A stretch of DNA of 34,421 bases from Perkinsus olseni (lineage: Eukaryota). Below, piece by piece: positions 23,493 through 34,421 of this stretch. The stretch's first letter is position 1, and each line of letters opens with the position of its first letter. Both the position numbers and the translations under genes were made by a program. The notes beneath the pieces were generated by a model, which was not told the DNA's origin, ran no database searches, and was given only the letters and a program-made list of their open reading frames with translations. The stretch is taken from NCBI GenBank assembly GCA_013115125.1, contig JABANN010000374.1, positions 1 to 34,421 on the forward strand. The letters run 5' to 3'.

Positions 23493-23601
23493 AAGGTGGT
23501 CTCTGTGATGACGCTAGATGGCATTGAGTTCCGGAGGGGCGTCACGATTTACGGGAGGGATGGTATGACATGTGTTCGTTCAGTGTTAGTCCTTGGTAGC
23601 T

Positions 23602-24910
23602 ATGAACATCCCACCTCCTCGAGGGATGTTCCCGCCCCCCATGCCCCCGCCAGGGGCCGGTGGATTTGTAAGTTCGTCGTTGGCCGATCGCGCCTGACCT
23701 TGGACCCCCCCCCTCCTCAGATCCCTCCCCCGCCCTTCATGGGGCTGCCTGGTGGCTTTGGTGTTGGCGGTTCAGGGATGACCCTGAATGGAGTGCCCCC
23801 AGGAGTTGTGGCGCCTCAGAAGAGAAGTAATGTTTATGCTACTGCCACAGCGTTGACCGTAACAGCATTCCTCAGGCAAGCATAAGGTGAAGGCGAAGGG
23901 CCCACTTCGGAGAGCTGGAGGGAAAATATGGGCGGACCCCACCCTGTCAGAGTGGCCGAGCGATGATTTCCGGTGAGCTGGGACGTAACTAAGTCGTCGC
24001 TTTCCGACCTTGGCCGTGCTAGAGGCATCCACCATCGTCGCGCTCTTCCTCAGGATATTCTGCGGCGACCTGGGTAACGAAGTAACGGACGATCTACTTC
24101 TTAACTCATTCAAACAGTAGGCGAAGACGCCTCCTCCTCCGGGACAGACTGCACGATGGGCTTCTCAGGTATCCCAGTTTGCAAATGGCCAAGATCGTCA
24201 GGGACAAACGATCAGGGAAGAGCAAAGGTGATTTTCTAGCGGAGCGAAGCGTTATGAATTTCTGCATCACAGGTTATGGTTTCTTGAGCTTCCGTGATCC
24301 TGAGGATATGATAAAGGCGTTGAAGGAGATGAATCATAAGTAGTACAGGATGGCTTCTTCCTAATTCAAAATTGAATGGTGAGATTTCCGAGACCGCAAG
24401 TTGGTACCTTTCCTTCGGCTCCGTTAATTCCGGTAAAATATCGACTGGTGAAGGCACACCGGTGGACTGTGAACTGGCAGGTACGTAGGCAACAGACCAA
24501 TCACATTGAAGAGGAGTAAATGGAAGGATAAGAACATAGGTAGTGAGCGGGGTCCCGGGCAATGGTATCTTCGTCTGTCCCCTCTGGCTTCGTCTTAATT
24601 GGCTGTATCATTCGAAGCGGGGGCGGCTGAGGCTGGCCGACTCTCTAGAAACGACTGTGCCCTCTACCGCGGCGACGATTTTCCCTGCGCATGTTGACGA
24701 GTTGTCGTATGCTCGGTTAGATATCATTGCATCGCTCCGCCTATTTTCTTTACGCCTCGAGCTCGCCCTTGCCTTTTATCAGACTCCGGAAGGAACAAGA
24801 AGAATCCTCTCGACTTTCACGAGCTGATTCCTCAGAGGTGTAAGAATTTGCAGAAGTTCAAGAAACTGAAAAAGACGAGAGCAGACGTCCCGGGCTCCAT
24901 TAAAAAATGA
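23602..24910 (+). CDS. RBM42: RNA-binding protein 42 homologue (tri-snRNP-associated RRM protein); multi-exon
   Basis: Spliced LRRAGGKIWADPTLSEWPSDDFR|IFCGDLGNEVTDDLLLNSFKQ|YPSLQMAKIVRDKRSGKSK|GYGFLSFRDPEDMIKALKEMNHK|YVGNRPITLKRSKWKDKN is the RBM42 signature. The N-terminus is Pro-rich. Confidence 0.93.
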
Positions 24911-25101
24911 CTTGTCCGATGACCGTTATGAAGGCTCACTATCAGAGTATGCGAGGTTGAGTTTAGTACTGCATACGAGTGCTGGGTGGATCTTGTCGGG
25001 CTTCCTCCAGTGGGCCTGCTCTTGGGACAAATCTTCCTAGGAAGTAGCGTAGCTAGAGGTGTCAGAATGTTGAGTGTCAGGGTTGGCTCCCACGTATAAC
25101 G

Positions 25102-25356
25102 ATGTCGTCTGTTGTTGCCGCTAAGCCCAGCAGCAACGACGGCAAGGAGTATGCTCGCCGACTCGAGGAGCTCTATGCGGCGGAGGGAGATGAGGTTATG
25201 AAGGCTAAAGTAGCGAAATTTATGGAGAGGTAGTAGCGGTTAGTGTGGCAGCACGCTGAGGACCGTACAACTCTAGGCGAGGCTTCCAGCCCCCCGATGG
25301 GCTGGAGGTTGCTGCGCGGCTTGAGGATCCGTTGGATGGTCGATTCTGATCTGTAG
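25102..25356 (+). CDS. Small two-exon hypothetical protein of about 68 aa (intron 25230-25276)
   Basis: MSSVVAAKPSSNDGKEYARRLEELYAAEGDEVMKAKVAKFMER|RGFQPPMGWRLLRGLRIRWMVDSDL*, with a 47-nt GT-AG intron that keeps the frame open. Confidence 0.4.
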
Positions 25357-26354
25357 ACTGAACGCCGTGGAAAAAAGTGTTGAATGGCTACATTAGTAGA
25401 GGCTATCCCCTCTATCGGGGCTATTATCGTCGTTACATCTCTCTCTGTGGCCCTCTCAAGGGCTGTCATGGATGTGAAACCGTGCTTACGGTTCCCTTGA
25501 TCTCACTGGCAGTGATTGCTATAATTTATCGACTTTGGTGTGAGCTTCCCGCCTGAATGTCGCCGCGATCGCTATGCTTCTTGTGTCCCTTTCCCGTAAT
25601 GAATTTCAACAGTCAAGTGCTTCCTTTGCCAGGTACGCCTCTTGTCCTGCACTCTTCTATCGACTGGTGAAGGATAAGTTCGAGAGGATGGCCGCCAGCG
25701 GAGGGGGGAGAGGAGTGGTGGCACGACCCACCTCTGCTACGGAACCCGCTTATGGTAGTAGGGAGCTCCCGAAAGATAGTCAAGCTTCCCTCACCGAAGA
25801 GAGGAAATCTATACTAATCGGAAATCTAGCCCGCGAGAAAACCGATCATCGGCGAAATCGCTTCCCTTAATCATGGAACTGAGGGCCTTACTCGTGGAAT
25901 AGAACTTCCTATCTGAGTCCTGCCGCTAAAGTGGCTTTTTCGTCCGCCAAGTCGATGCCCCTATTTGGACCCTACCGCCAAACCGCTATCTTCACTCACT
26001 AATGTCATATCCTCGAGCGCTGGCATAAAGGCCTCACCCCAGACCGGAAAGACTTTTAGATTGTAATAAGGTCTTCCTGCTCCGAAACGAGGGGGGCCTC
26101 CTCTCTACCCTATGCTGCACGCTTTGTATTATCATTCTTCGTCGCACTCATCGTGAAGGTGGGTATCTTATCATCTCATCGGCCGTTCGCTGTACTAACG
26201 GCTTCAAGCTATTCGTCAATCTCATCGCAACATTGAATCCGGGTGTGCTATCGGAAAGACAAAATACTGTCAACGGTTCTGCTGTCAACATCACTGTCAC
26301 TCCTGGGGCTCGCTGAGGGCATCATAGTTCACTAACTGGTGTTCCATTGGACTG

Positions 26355-27407
26355 ATGGTGTTAGGGGACCCGATGGACATGCTGATGACGGATGCCGCTG
26401 ATGAGGAGCAAGAAGCGGTCTTCACCGAAGACTTCCAGGGTGATCCAACCCTCTTAGAGAAGGAGAAGACTGACGGTACCAAACCAGCCACAACACGGCA
26501 GCCGGCCAAGAGAAAGAGGGGAAGTAGTGTATCATTTGGGTTACCTGTTCCTCGTACTTTCTCTCCTCGTCAGCCCTCCCTCCGTTGGACGCGGCCGAGT
26601 ACCATGTTTTCAAACGCTACTTCAACGGTCTTCGCTCAGAGGAAGGCCACATGTACACTCTGCCCACTTCCGGCACACCTGCCAAGTGCGTGTCATGGTA
26701 GTAGCAGGAGTGGATTATCCTGGGTGCAGTGAATTCGACGATTTCAGTAAATCGGAAGGTCATTCAGCGGAGCGATGCCCGATGCGGAGGTGCCTGAAGT
26801 GTGGTGAGATGGGCCACGAGGCGGACAAGTGCCAGGATAAAACGGCTGATGAGCAGATGGAGGTGTTGTCTGGGACCGTTGTCGTGTAGCGATTTTGTTG
26901 GTTCAGTCGGTCGTCGAGGAGGCGGTGGCGATTGTACTAGGGAAGGGTACTAATACGGTATCGAAGGATGAGGCAGCCTTTGTGTTGGACTCCTTGAGGT
27001 GGGCACTGTCCCTTCTCGTCTCCTGCCGATTGACGTCTCTTCAGATGTACTACTTGTGGCGGTCGGGGCCACGGCCTGTACTGCAAGGCTAAGAGTAATA
27101 CATCGACTACCGAGTAGTTTCATCCTCGTCTTGGTCAGGCTTCGGGCTGTGGCAGAAGCCCAGTAAGAGCATGGTCTTGGGAGGGATAGAGAAGGCAGTA
27201 TCCCAGCATCATCGACACAGCAGTGAGAGTCGTGCCAAGAAGGGCGAGGAGGAGGAAGAGGCGCCGGCCAAGAGAGAACGCAGGTCGGACTGCCATCTAG
27301 CGGGCCCGCGTAGCGGCAGAGTTGACGTTGCCAGGTCGAGGTCTAGAGGACGCGAATCCAGGGAGAAGCGGAAGCGGACCAGGTCCCGATCAAGGTCACG
27401 GAGGTAA
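26355..27407 (+). CDS. CCHC zinc-knuckle protein with an acidic N-terminus and RS-rich C-terminus; multi-exon
   Basis: CLKCGEMGHEADKC (CX2CX4HX4C), a partial knuckle GHSAERC, and CTTCGGRGHGLYC. The C-terminus is RSRSRGRESREKRKRTRSRSRSRR*. Confidence 0.7.
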
Positions 27408-27684
27408 GGCTATAGTAGGCTCAGTCTTGGGCCCACTTTCGTCCATCGGATTGCTTGACGGGTTCGTAGCTCGCCGCGGTCTCTCGGACTGGATCCTGTG
27501 GGGTGGCGTTGAATGAGATATGATTCCAGTTGATAGGCCCGTGCGATGAAACGTTTGAGGACATCCCTCTGTATCTTAACCTTGATAAAAGCGTTTGCTG
27601 TTCGCGTACACCACTCGTTGCTGTGTAGGTCGCGCACTCACGAATCGAGAAGAGCTAAGCCACGGGAATCAACAGAGAAGCATC

Positions 27685-29019
27685 ATGCGTAAGTTGGCAG
27701 CGCCTCCCCATGCCGAATGGGATGGCGGCTTGTTGCCTTAGACGCTCATCTGAGGGGCGGAGCGAGAGAGGCAAGACCAGCAGCAAGGAGGACAATGCCG
27801 CGAGTAGGCCCTGCTGGCTTCCGAGGAGCTCTGTCGAACCCGTCAATGCTCAGTGCCCAAGCCCGGTGGGTCCTTCTTCGCCAACCTCCCTCCGCTGAAG
27901 GAGGATCGACAGCCCCGGCGGAGCTATCTGCGCAGAGGCGCCGAAACGAAGACTTCGGGTGGGGACAGCCGATGGGCCGGTAGCACGGGCGTGGTAGTAG
28001 GTTTCCCTGAAACTCCCGGTGGCTCAGGCGTGGGAACTGATGTCGCGGCGGAGACGTCGAGTCGTCTAGGAGAGGACCAAAAGCGGGAGTACGACACCTA
28101 CGGCCGGGGCTACCATCGCGATTATCAAACTAAGTCCTCCGGGGGGACAGCCGGGAAAGAGTAGGCAGGTTCGATCCTCGGCGCCGACGCATTTTCCGCT
28201 CAGCGAGTTCGGTCGGGCATTAACATTGCGATCAAGAGAGGAGAGTCAGCGAGCTTCGGATAGTTACATCCGCCCAAGGGAGGGTAGTTGCCCCTTGTTA
28301 CGTCCAATCTCTTCATCCAGTCTCTCAGAGCCGCCCGCAGCGGGTGGGAGAAAGCGGGGCATTGCCTTTGGTCCGGGTGGAGGTAGATCTGAGCGAGATT
28401 AGTAAGCCAGCATCGGTCTAGTCGATGATGATGGTGTGTGGCTCCGTCAGTTACGGGGGTTCATCAAGGCGTGCTTGGGAGGGTTCTGCATTCGACCAGT
28501 AAGTGTTTATCATCGCCGTCACTGTCACTGTACCTCCATTCTTAGGGACGATCTAACCAGTTGGACGCGACGCGGCGACGAGGCGGTGAGTCGACGCCTG
28601 AAGCGGCGGGAGGCCAGACTTCTTCTACCCTCAGACCCGTGTCATAGACGACGAAGCGAGCAATCTGAACGCTCGTCTGATCGAAGTTGACATCACTGAC
28701 TTGGACGGGAGGCGAAAAGTCGTCCTGTTGACGCCGGGAAGGTGAGGCTGATCACCACTAGGGATTGTCACATGTGTTCTCCTCCAGTACCATGGCGGAC
28801 CTCGTCGAATGGTATGCTGCTCGGGCCCCTGACGCGTCCAAGGTCCGAGTCATCGATGTCAACTCGGGAGTGGACTATGGCAATCGAGAAGTGACGGTGA
28901 AGAGGCTGGCTGACAACCAGCTGGGCAGAGGTATGCTCGTGCTCGTAGAACCGTAGCGACCACTGCCCTGCTCAGGCACCGTTCGCGTTCGCCTCGAGAC
29001 CTACAGCGGACGCTACTGA
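27685..29019 (+). CDS. Hypothetical protein, low-complexity Arg/Gly-rich, with a possible C-terminal UBX/ubiquitin-like domain
   Basis: The C-terminal exons give IEVDITDLDGRRKVVLLTPG|STMADLVEWY..VRVIDVNSG..LADNQLGRG|TVRVRLETYSGRY*, a beta-grasp-like pattern. Confidence 0.5.
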
Positions 29020-29107
29020 TACTCCCGTTTCACTATTGTTGTCCGTGCTAGTATTGCGTGCAAGCGAGCAGCCTTGGTCCTCTTCTTTTTTCCAATAGCG
29101 TTTTGTA

Positions 29108-29746
29108 ATGTCACATCATGGCGTGCCTCCGCCACCGCCACCGGGACGGAACGACCAAGTCGCTGATATCAACCTCTTCATGATAGTCGACGGGAAGGAC
29201 GACTTGCCCCTGTATTGTGGACAAACTGCTTCGCTCCGCTAAGAATTTTCTCGCAGGTACTCGGCAGATCTGAGCTCGTCAGCCGGCCGTCGTGACGATT
29301 CGCCGCATTTGGACCAATTTGTCATGCATTCTTCCTTGGACGTTATAGACGAAGCCATGTGGGGCACCACAGACACCTTCTTTCCGATGGTCGACCGTTT
29401 CAATGACTTCCTTATATCAGCGTAAGTCCACCCTCGCCCTGCGGCTGTCAAATTTCTCCTAGGTTCCTTGGGGCCTCCAATGTGCGGTTTCTTCTACTGC
29501 ATCGACATACATCGATAAGATCTCCCCAGCAATTAGAGCAGGACACGCAGAACATACGGACGTTTTTTCAAGAGGTAAAACGTCACACTCACCAGCAAGC
29601 GACATCAACGCTCGCAGGTTCACCAGCTTTTCGTGAAAGTCCAAATGAACCCCCTGTACGGGTTGAAATGGACGGGTGGCCGTCAAGTGCGGTGTAAACA
29701 CTTCGACTCTGCCGTTAAAGAGTTGGGACGAAGACTCCTCCTGTGA
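29108..29746 (+). CDS. TRAPPC2: Trafficking protein particle complex subunit 2 (sedlin), 4 exons
   Basis: LFMIVDGKDDLPL|Y..HLDQFVMHSSLDVIDEAMWGTTDTFFPMVDRFNDFLISA|FLGASNVRFLLLH..IRTFFQE|VHQLFVKVQMNPLY..FDSAVKELGRRLLL*. Confidence 0.93.
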
Positions 29747-30220
29747 TTGTAACATACTTGTTTCGAGTATCTTGGGGCACGCTGCGTTGTTATAAGACGG
29801 CAATGATGCCACAGGGGGTTCTCCACTAACAATACAACGCTCATTCGTATTCTGGAGCAATGCGAAACATAGCAAGCGTAGTAATACGTATCATCGAGCG
29901 GGAGATTACGATGAGTTAGGCGAGCAAGCAATACAGACGTGATAGGAGTAGTACACAAGATGACGTAGGGTTGAGTAACGAGAGCCCTGTTCGCACCGAA
30001 GTCAATATATAACACTGGAAACGATGGCAAGAAACTGTACACCAACTCTTCAGAGTTGTGAACCTCAGGGGGACTCCACTGATGGGAACTCATCATGAGG
30101 AAAGGACGCAATAACAACAGGAACGACAAATGACGAAGAAAAGACCTGGGCGAGGTCGGGAAGGACAGTGATTTCTATGGAAATGATACGGTTTGGCGTT
30201 GTACAAATCTGATGAGCGAT

Positions 30221-31780
30221 TCACTGTAGTTGAATGAGGAGAGGCCTGCTACGGTAGAGTAGGCAGGTGCTGACCAGTGCCAGTAACGGTATAACCATCG
30301 TGAGCCAAGCGTAGGGCTCAGGAATGACGCTCATCAAGGCAGTGTCGAAAAGGATGGTACCACCCGCAAGCAGTGCGAGAAGCTCGTAGATCGCAGCGAA
30401 TAATACCATCGAAACGGCCTCGACCCATCGGGGTCTCCTTCTGTGCTCGAAGCACGCGTAAGCAGCGAATACGAGAAGAGGCATCCGGCAAGTCAGAAGA
30501 ATCAGAGTTGAAAGGAAGCATCGGAGAGCCTTCCACCATGGTATACCCAGCGTGGAGGCCGTACAGCAGATTGTAACAAAGCGTCCAACACAGGCCAGCT
30601 CGATCGGGAAGGATATGATGGCGAGGGTCAAATAGCTGACAGTCCACGGACGGCGTCTGCCTGTTATATATTCCTTGTGATTGCGGACGTACTCCTCGAA
30701 TGCTTCTAGTGAACCGTACCAATTCTTTATCAAATCTCGGATAACCAACTTATCCTCTTCGAGCAGGCATTCCCCTCCTTCCACGGTGAATTTACTGGCT
30801 TGTCGATGCAAGGCGAGTCTGTGTGGCAAATACTCGTACACGACAAATACTCCCAAGAAGCACGTCAGAAGGAGGCTACAACCTAGCATACACGCGTAGT
30901 ACGGCGTCTTCACTGCGGCATCGGCACCCACTATGTCCAGGACGGACAGAGCAACGATGGCCACTACTTCCGCCAGGGAGATGATGAAGGCAAATTTTGT
31001 TTGCCTTATAGACACCAGGCGGATGCTTCGTTGTAAACCATGCTGTTGGAGGAAACTAGCGACTTCAAAGACACACCAGAGGCGTTTGAAATAGTCGCAT
31101 GACCAAAGAATGAGCAACTCGTTAGACTTGCCGAGGAAAGAGCTGAGGCCCCATATGCCTCGGAGTTTCGCTACTTGGTCAGTCTGGGATATACAACATT
31201 TGTCAAGGAACACCATGGCACGATTATATCCAGGTATTCGACACCCATAGAATAATGCCAGAGGGAAGCTGATCACTGAAGTGCCGAAAGCGATGAGGTA
31301 TGCAGTTCTATCGCTCAGAGCCAAGCAAAGACCAGCACCAAGCGAAACCACCACGGCATTCGCAACAATATAGCCTAGAAAGCAATATTGAGAGGCTACC
31401 AAAGCCACGTGCTTTAACGGTGGATTCGCCGACCACGAGTGACTGACGGAGGCATCTAGATGGTCCACAGACTGCGATAAGGCGTATGTATCCTCTCCAC
31501 CGTTAGAGTCCTTGAATAGATGGCGCTTTTTAGCAACTGTACTCATAGGTACACCACGAAGATACAATGACGAGTCGGCAAACTCAACCGCTTGGCTCAC
31601 AGCCGTATTTTGGGCGAGCAGGAAGTCAGGCAGTTCCACTTCGGTAGCCGTGACCACCTCCATACGATGCCCATGAGAAATACAAACTGACGGTGAGCGG
31701 TTAACGCTTGGACGTCGGCTAAGTCGCACCCGGTCCGAATCCCCGATAGTACCCAATCTTTTTTTTATTGGCGAGTGCAT
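30221..31780 (-). CDS. Intronless 519-aa multi-pass membrane protein with a TIR/HET-like domain
   Basis: Long ORF with the motifs SVSHSW, VFLDKCCISQ and LLILWSCDYFKRLWCVFE, plus several hydrophobic segments of transmembrane length. Confidence 0.8.
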   Translation of the reverse strand: MHSPIKKRLGTIGDSDRVRLSRRPSVNRSPSVCISHGHRMEVVTATEVELPDFLLAQNTAVSQAVEFADSSLYLRGVPMSTVAKKRHLFKDSNGGEDTYALSQSVDHLDASVSHSWSANPPLKHVALVASQYCFLGYIVANAVVVSLGAGLCLALSDRTAYLIAFGTSVISFPLALFYGCRIPGYNRAMVFLDKCCISQTDQVAKLRGIWGLSSFLGKSNELLILWSCDYFKRLWCVFEVASFLQQHGLQRSIRLVSIRQTKFAFIISLAEVVAIVALSVLDIVGADAAVKTPYYACMLGCSLLLTCFLGVFVVYEYLPHRLALHRQASKFTVEGGECLLEEDKLVIRDLIKNWYGSLEAFEEYVRNHKEYITGRRRPWTVSYLTLAIISFPIELACVGRFVTICCTASTLGIPWWKALRCFLSTLILLTCRMPLLVFAAYACFEHRRRPRWVEAVSMVLFAAIYELLALLAGGTILFDTALMSVIPEPYAWLTMVIPLLALVSTCLLYRSRPLLIQLQ

Positions 31781-32829
31781 CCTGCTTATGGTCCATCATC
31801 ACAGAACACACGCTTTAGTATAGATCCATCCGTTCTGAACACTGAAACCTCATCGGAAAATGTGGACTCTCTCCGAGAGAGTCTCTCGCCTCAGCTACAC
31901 TTCGCCATTCGGTCGTTCACTAAGCTACACGTCGATACTCAATCACATAACAATGTTTGACAGTACGGGCGACTCCAAACAAGGTGAAACACACTCAACT
32001 CGGCCATCGTCCGTACGAAGAAAACTTGTTCAATTGCGAACGAGGCGGTCGCCTCGCGCTAAAACCCCTGCCGCACTCGTCGAGTCTTTTTGAACCTCAG
32101 AACTCAGATTTTCCACGACATCGAGGTTGTCTGACAGGAGCTTCGCCGCAAAAACAGTAACGACAAAAACGCTCCCTGTGTCACCCACACCGGTGTGAAG
32201 TGCCCTGTACGTACGAGAAAGATTACAGAAAAAGACCAACCCCGCGCATCCGAACTCACAACCTTCCGGATGTAAGAATAAGATTCCACCGTTGGACCAT
32301 ATTTCATTAATTTCCAGGCCAGGTAGTACGGTAGCTTACATATACCGTACTTCGTATATACGGTATCGAACGTATATCGATTTGAATCTTTTATAAAGAA
32401 TGTTATTCAACTCGCTGTTATGTTCGTGCATCCGGTCCACTGCAATGGCGCATGCAATGAATTACGATCATGCCGGGATGGCCTAGTAGAAGTAGTGCTC
32501 GCTTCATACGCCCAAGGTCGCTGGATCGATTTGTGCTCTCGCTATGATATAATATCTTTGATATTACGGATATGATACGTAAGAGAAAGTGATCACATCA
32601 AGTGATCATTGCTAATATGGCCCTGACCGTCAGATTTATAAGCGAGATGTCGCAGATACTCCAACTCGCCCTTCGCGCACACGATTCTGCCATAGGCACG
32701 GTGAGGCCCGGTACGCCCGACTGGTGCTCCCACAATGGGAGTCCCACCCCGCCATGGATGTCTTGCAAGATATCTCAAGCCAGGAAAATAACGCGAGCAG
32801 CCGTTTGAGCAGAAAATTCAATTAAAGAG

Positions 32830-33158
32830 CTACCCATCAGCATGCGTCAGTCCGCGTCGGACCAGTCCGTCATTCTCTCCCTGCCTCGCTGTGCCGCATT
32901 CTCGTCTAATCTCGGTGATAACATGGGCCAGCGCTTCGGGATTGACGATCTGCAGTCACATGTCATTCAATTACAGGAGGTAATTGCTGAGGTATGGCTT
33001 ACTCTAGTTTCCAACAGGGCCACGCATAGCCGCAGCTGACGCGGGGAGAGACCAGTGTCGAGAAGGTCTGAGATGCGCTGGAGGGTACGAAGAGTCGCCT
33101 CCCGCTGATCGGATGGCCTCTCCTGCCGCTGCTGCTGAGTAACACTGGCACTGGACAT
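32830..33158 (-). CDS. MZT1: Mitotic-spindle organizing protein 1 (MOZART1), intron 32950-33002
   Basis: TLRTLQRISDLLDTGLSPRQLRLCVALLETR|IVNPEALAHVITEIRRE matches the MZT1 pattern L.EIS.LL.TGL....L..CV.L.E.GVNPEALA.VI.ELR. Confidence 0.92.
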
Positions 33159-33922
33159 TACACCAAACGAGTTCGAAAGAGCACCCCAACACGGGATCTC
33201 CTTATTGACAACAGGAACTTACACGAGGAGGAATTGGTGACCATGAAACCACAGATTTCCAGTCATACCCGCAATGGCGCCATCTACGCGACAGTTAGTG
33301 CACAAAATACAGGGTAAATATCAAAAGGCCTCTCCAGGCGAGGCGAAACTCTCATCGCAAGTCGACCTGTGACCTTCAAATCTTGTGACCTCGGATGATG
33401 ACCTTCCTGAAGGAGCAGCGCCAGCGTAGTTGTTGTTAGGGCAGAGGCAACTTCCAACTCAACAAGTTGCCGTATCGGTTTGATGCAATCAGCAAATACA
33501 GTTAGTCTACAGCAACTGGTGTAGAAGGGGATACATTTCCGTTGGTGACTGTATCGAATGGTAAATACTTGAATGCTAAGTGTACGAGCCTCGCAGGGTT
33601 CAGGAATATAATTCACTAAAAAGTCCGAAATGATCGGCCCCGCCGCTCCCCGTTTCGGGCACATGCAAAACTCCGGAGCGAGCCGCCGTCGCTCTACCGT
33701 ATCGTAAGCTGTGTACCATTTGGAGTCTTAACGGCTTCACCGCTCCACAGCTTCGACAGTATGCGAATTTGGAGACGAGCAGATTTATAAAACTGAGTCG
33801 ATCAATACAGATCGAACAACATACGGATGACGAAAAGTGTAAGAGTGAAGTGAGCGATCGAACGCCCCGGTCAGGAATGAGTGAAGGAATATTAGAGTGA
33901 GTTTTCTGTGCTGACCATCTTC

Positions 33923-34421
33923 TCAGGACCCGATCTTAGGCCGCGTAACCGAAGTGCGTGACCGCGATAGGTCCACCAGATAGGTCCACCGGATACAGGC
34001 ACAGGCGGGGACGACGAAGATCCATCCATAGGGTTCGGGGAGGTCGAACTGAGTTGCCAGACTTGAATCGAACAACGCCACGCCTCCTCCAACGATCTCC
34101 GTTGTATCATACAAGAGTCCAAAACAGAGAACCACGATAACGACGACCCAATTCGGAACACCGTGCCTACCAGCTGAGGTAGTCAGTTTGCATGCAACAA
34201 AGGCGAACAGAGGTGTTCGGCATGCCAACATTACGCATGCAATGAGCACGTCCCGAACATATAGCCACCAGTTGTCCCTCGGGGCCATAGTGGGCGAAGA
34301 TATGAGGCAGGCGATCCGTGGTGCCCAGATGATGAAATATGGGAACATTACTACACCCCTCCACAAATTCTTAGCATATCCGGTTTTTCGACTCGTGCAC
34401 TGTCACCTGGACGAGTACGGA
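33923..34421 (-). CDS. C-terminal membrane part of a paralogue of the 30221-31780 protein, truncated by the window end
   Basis: WW..R..L....L.CR.PL, P.WV, GG..LFD..L and PEPY.W align with the C-terminus of the 519-aa protein. An in-frame TGA lies at 34403-34405. Confidence 0.72.

Noticed and set aside
29683-30129. 148-aa minus-strand ORF
   Set aside because: It has a non-ATG start, overlaps the TRAPPC2 3' end and shows no homology. It may be 3' UTR of the TIR-like gene.
31588-31600. CTTGGCTCA as a relict spliced leader
   Set aside because: Only a 9-nt partial match, antisense within a CDS. I saw no CCGTAGCCAT core upstream of the intronless genes.
33284-33664. 126-aa minus-strand ORF
   Set aside because: No motif or paralogy support.

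Overview
Gene-dense eukaryotic genomic DNA with many short GT-AG introns. It most resembles an alveolate of the Perkinsus type, which is an inference from gene content and intron style. Recognisable genes are PP2A scaffold subunit A, a TTP-like CCCH protein, a divergent EMG1/Nep1, RPS23, RBM42, TRAPPC2 and MZT1, plus an armadillo-repeat protein and a CCHC/RS protein. The main finding is a tandem array of three intron-split paralogues at 8539-12768. Each encodes two SpoVS-like (bacterial, Alba-fold) domains behind an N-terminus resembling a mitochondrial presequence. The array is followed directly by an RRM plus LOTUS-like gene with a similar N-terminus, so the four genes may form an organellar nucleic-acid-binding module. 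A second highlight is a family of multi-pass membrane proteins with a TIR/HET-like domain that keeps the WCxxE motif and is interrupted by a transmembrane hairpin. All exon structures were assembled by eye and no database searches were run.
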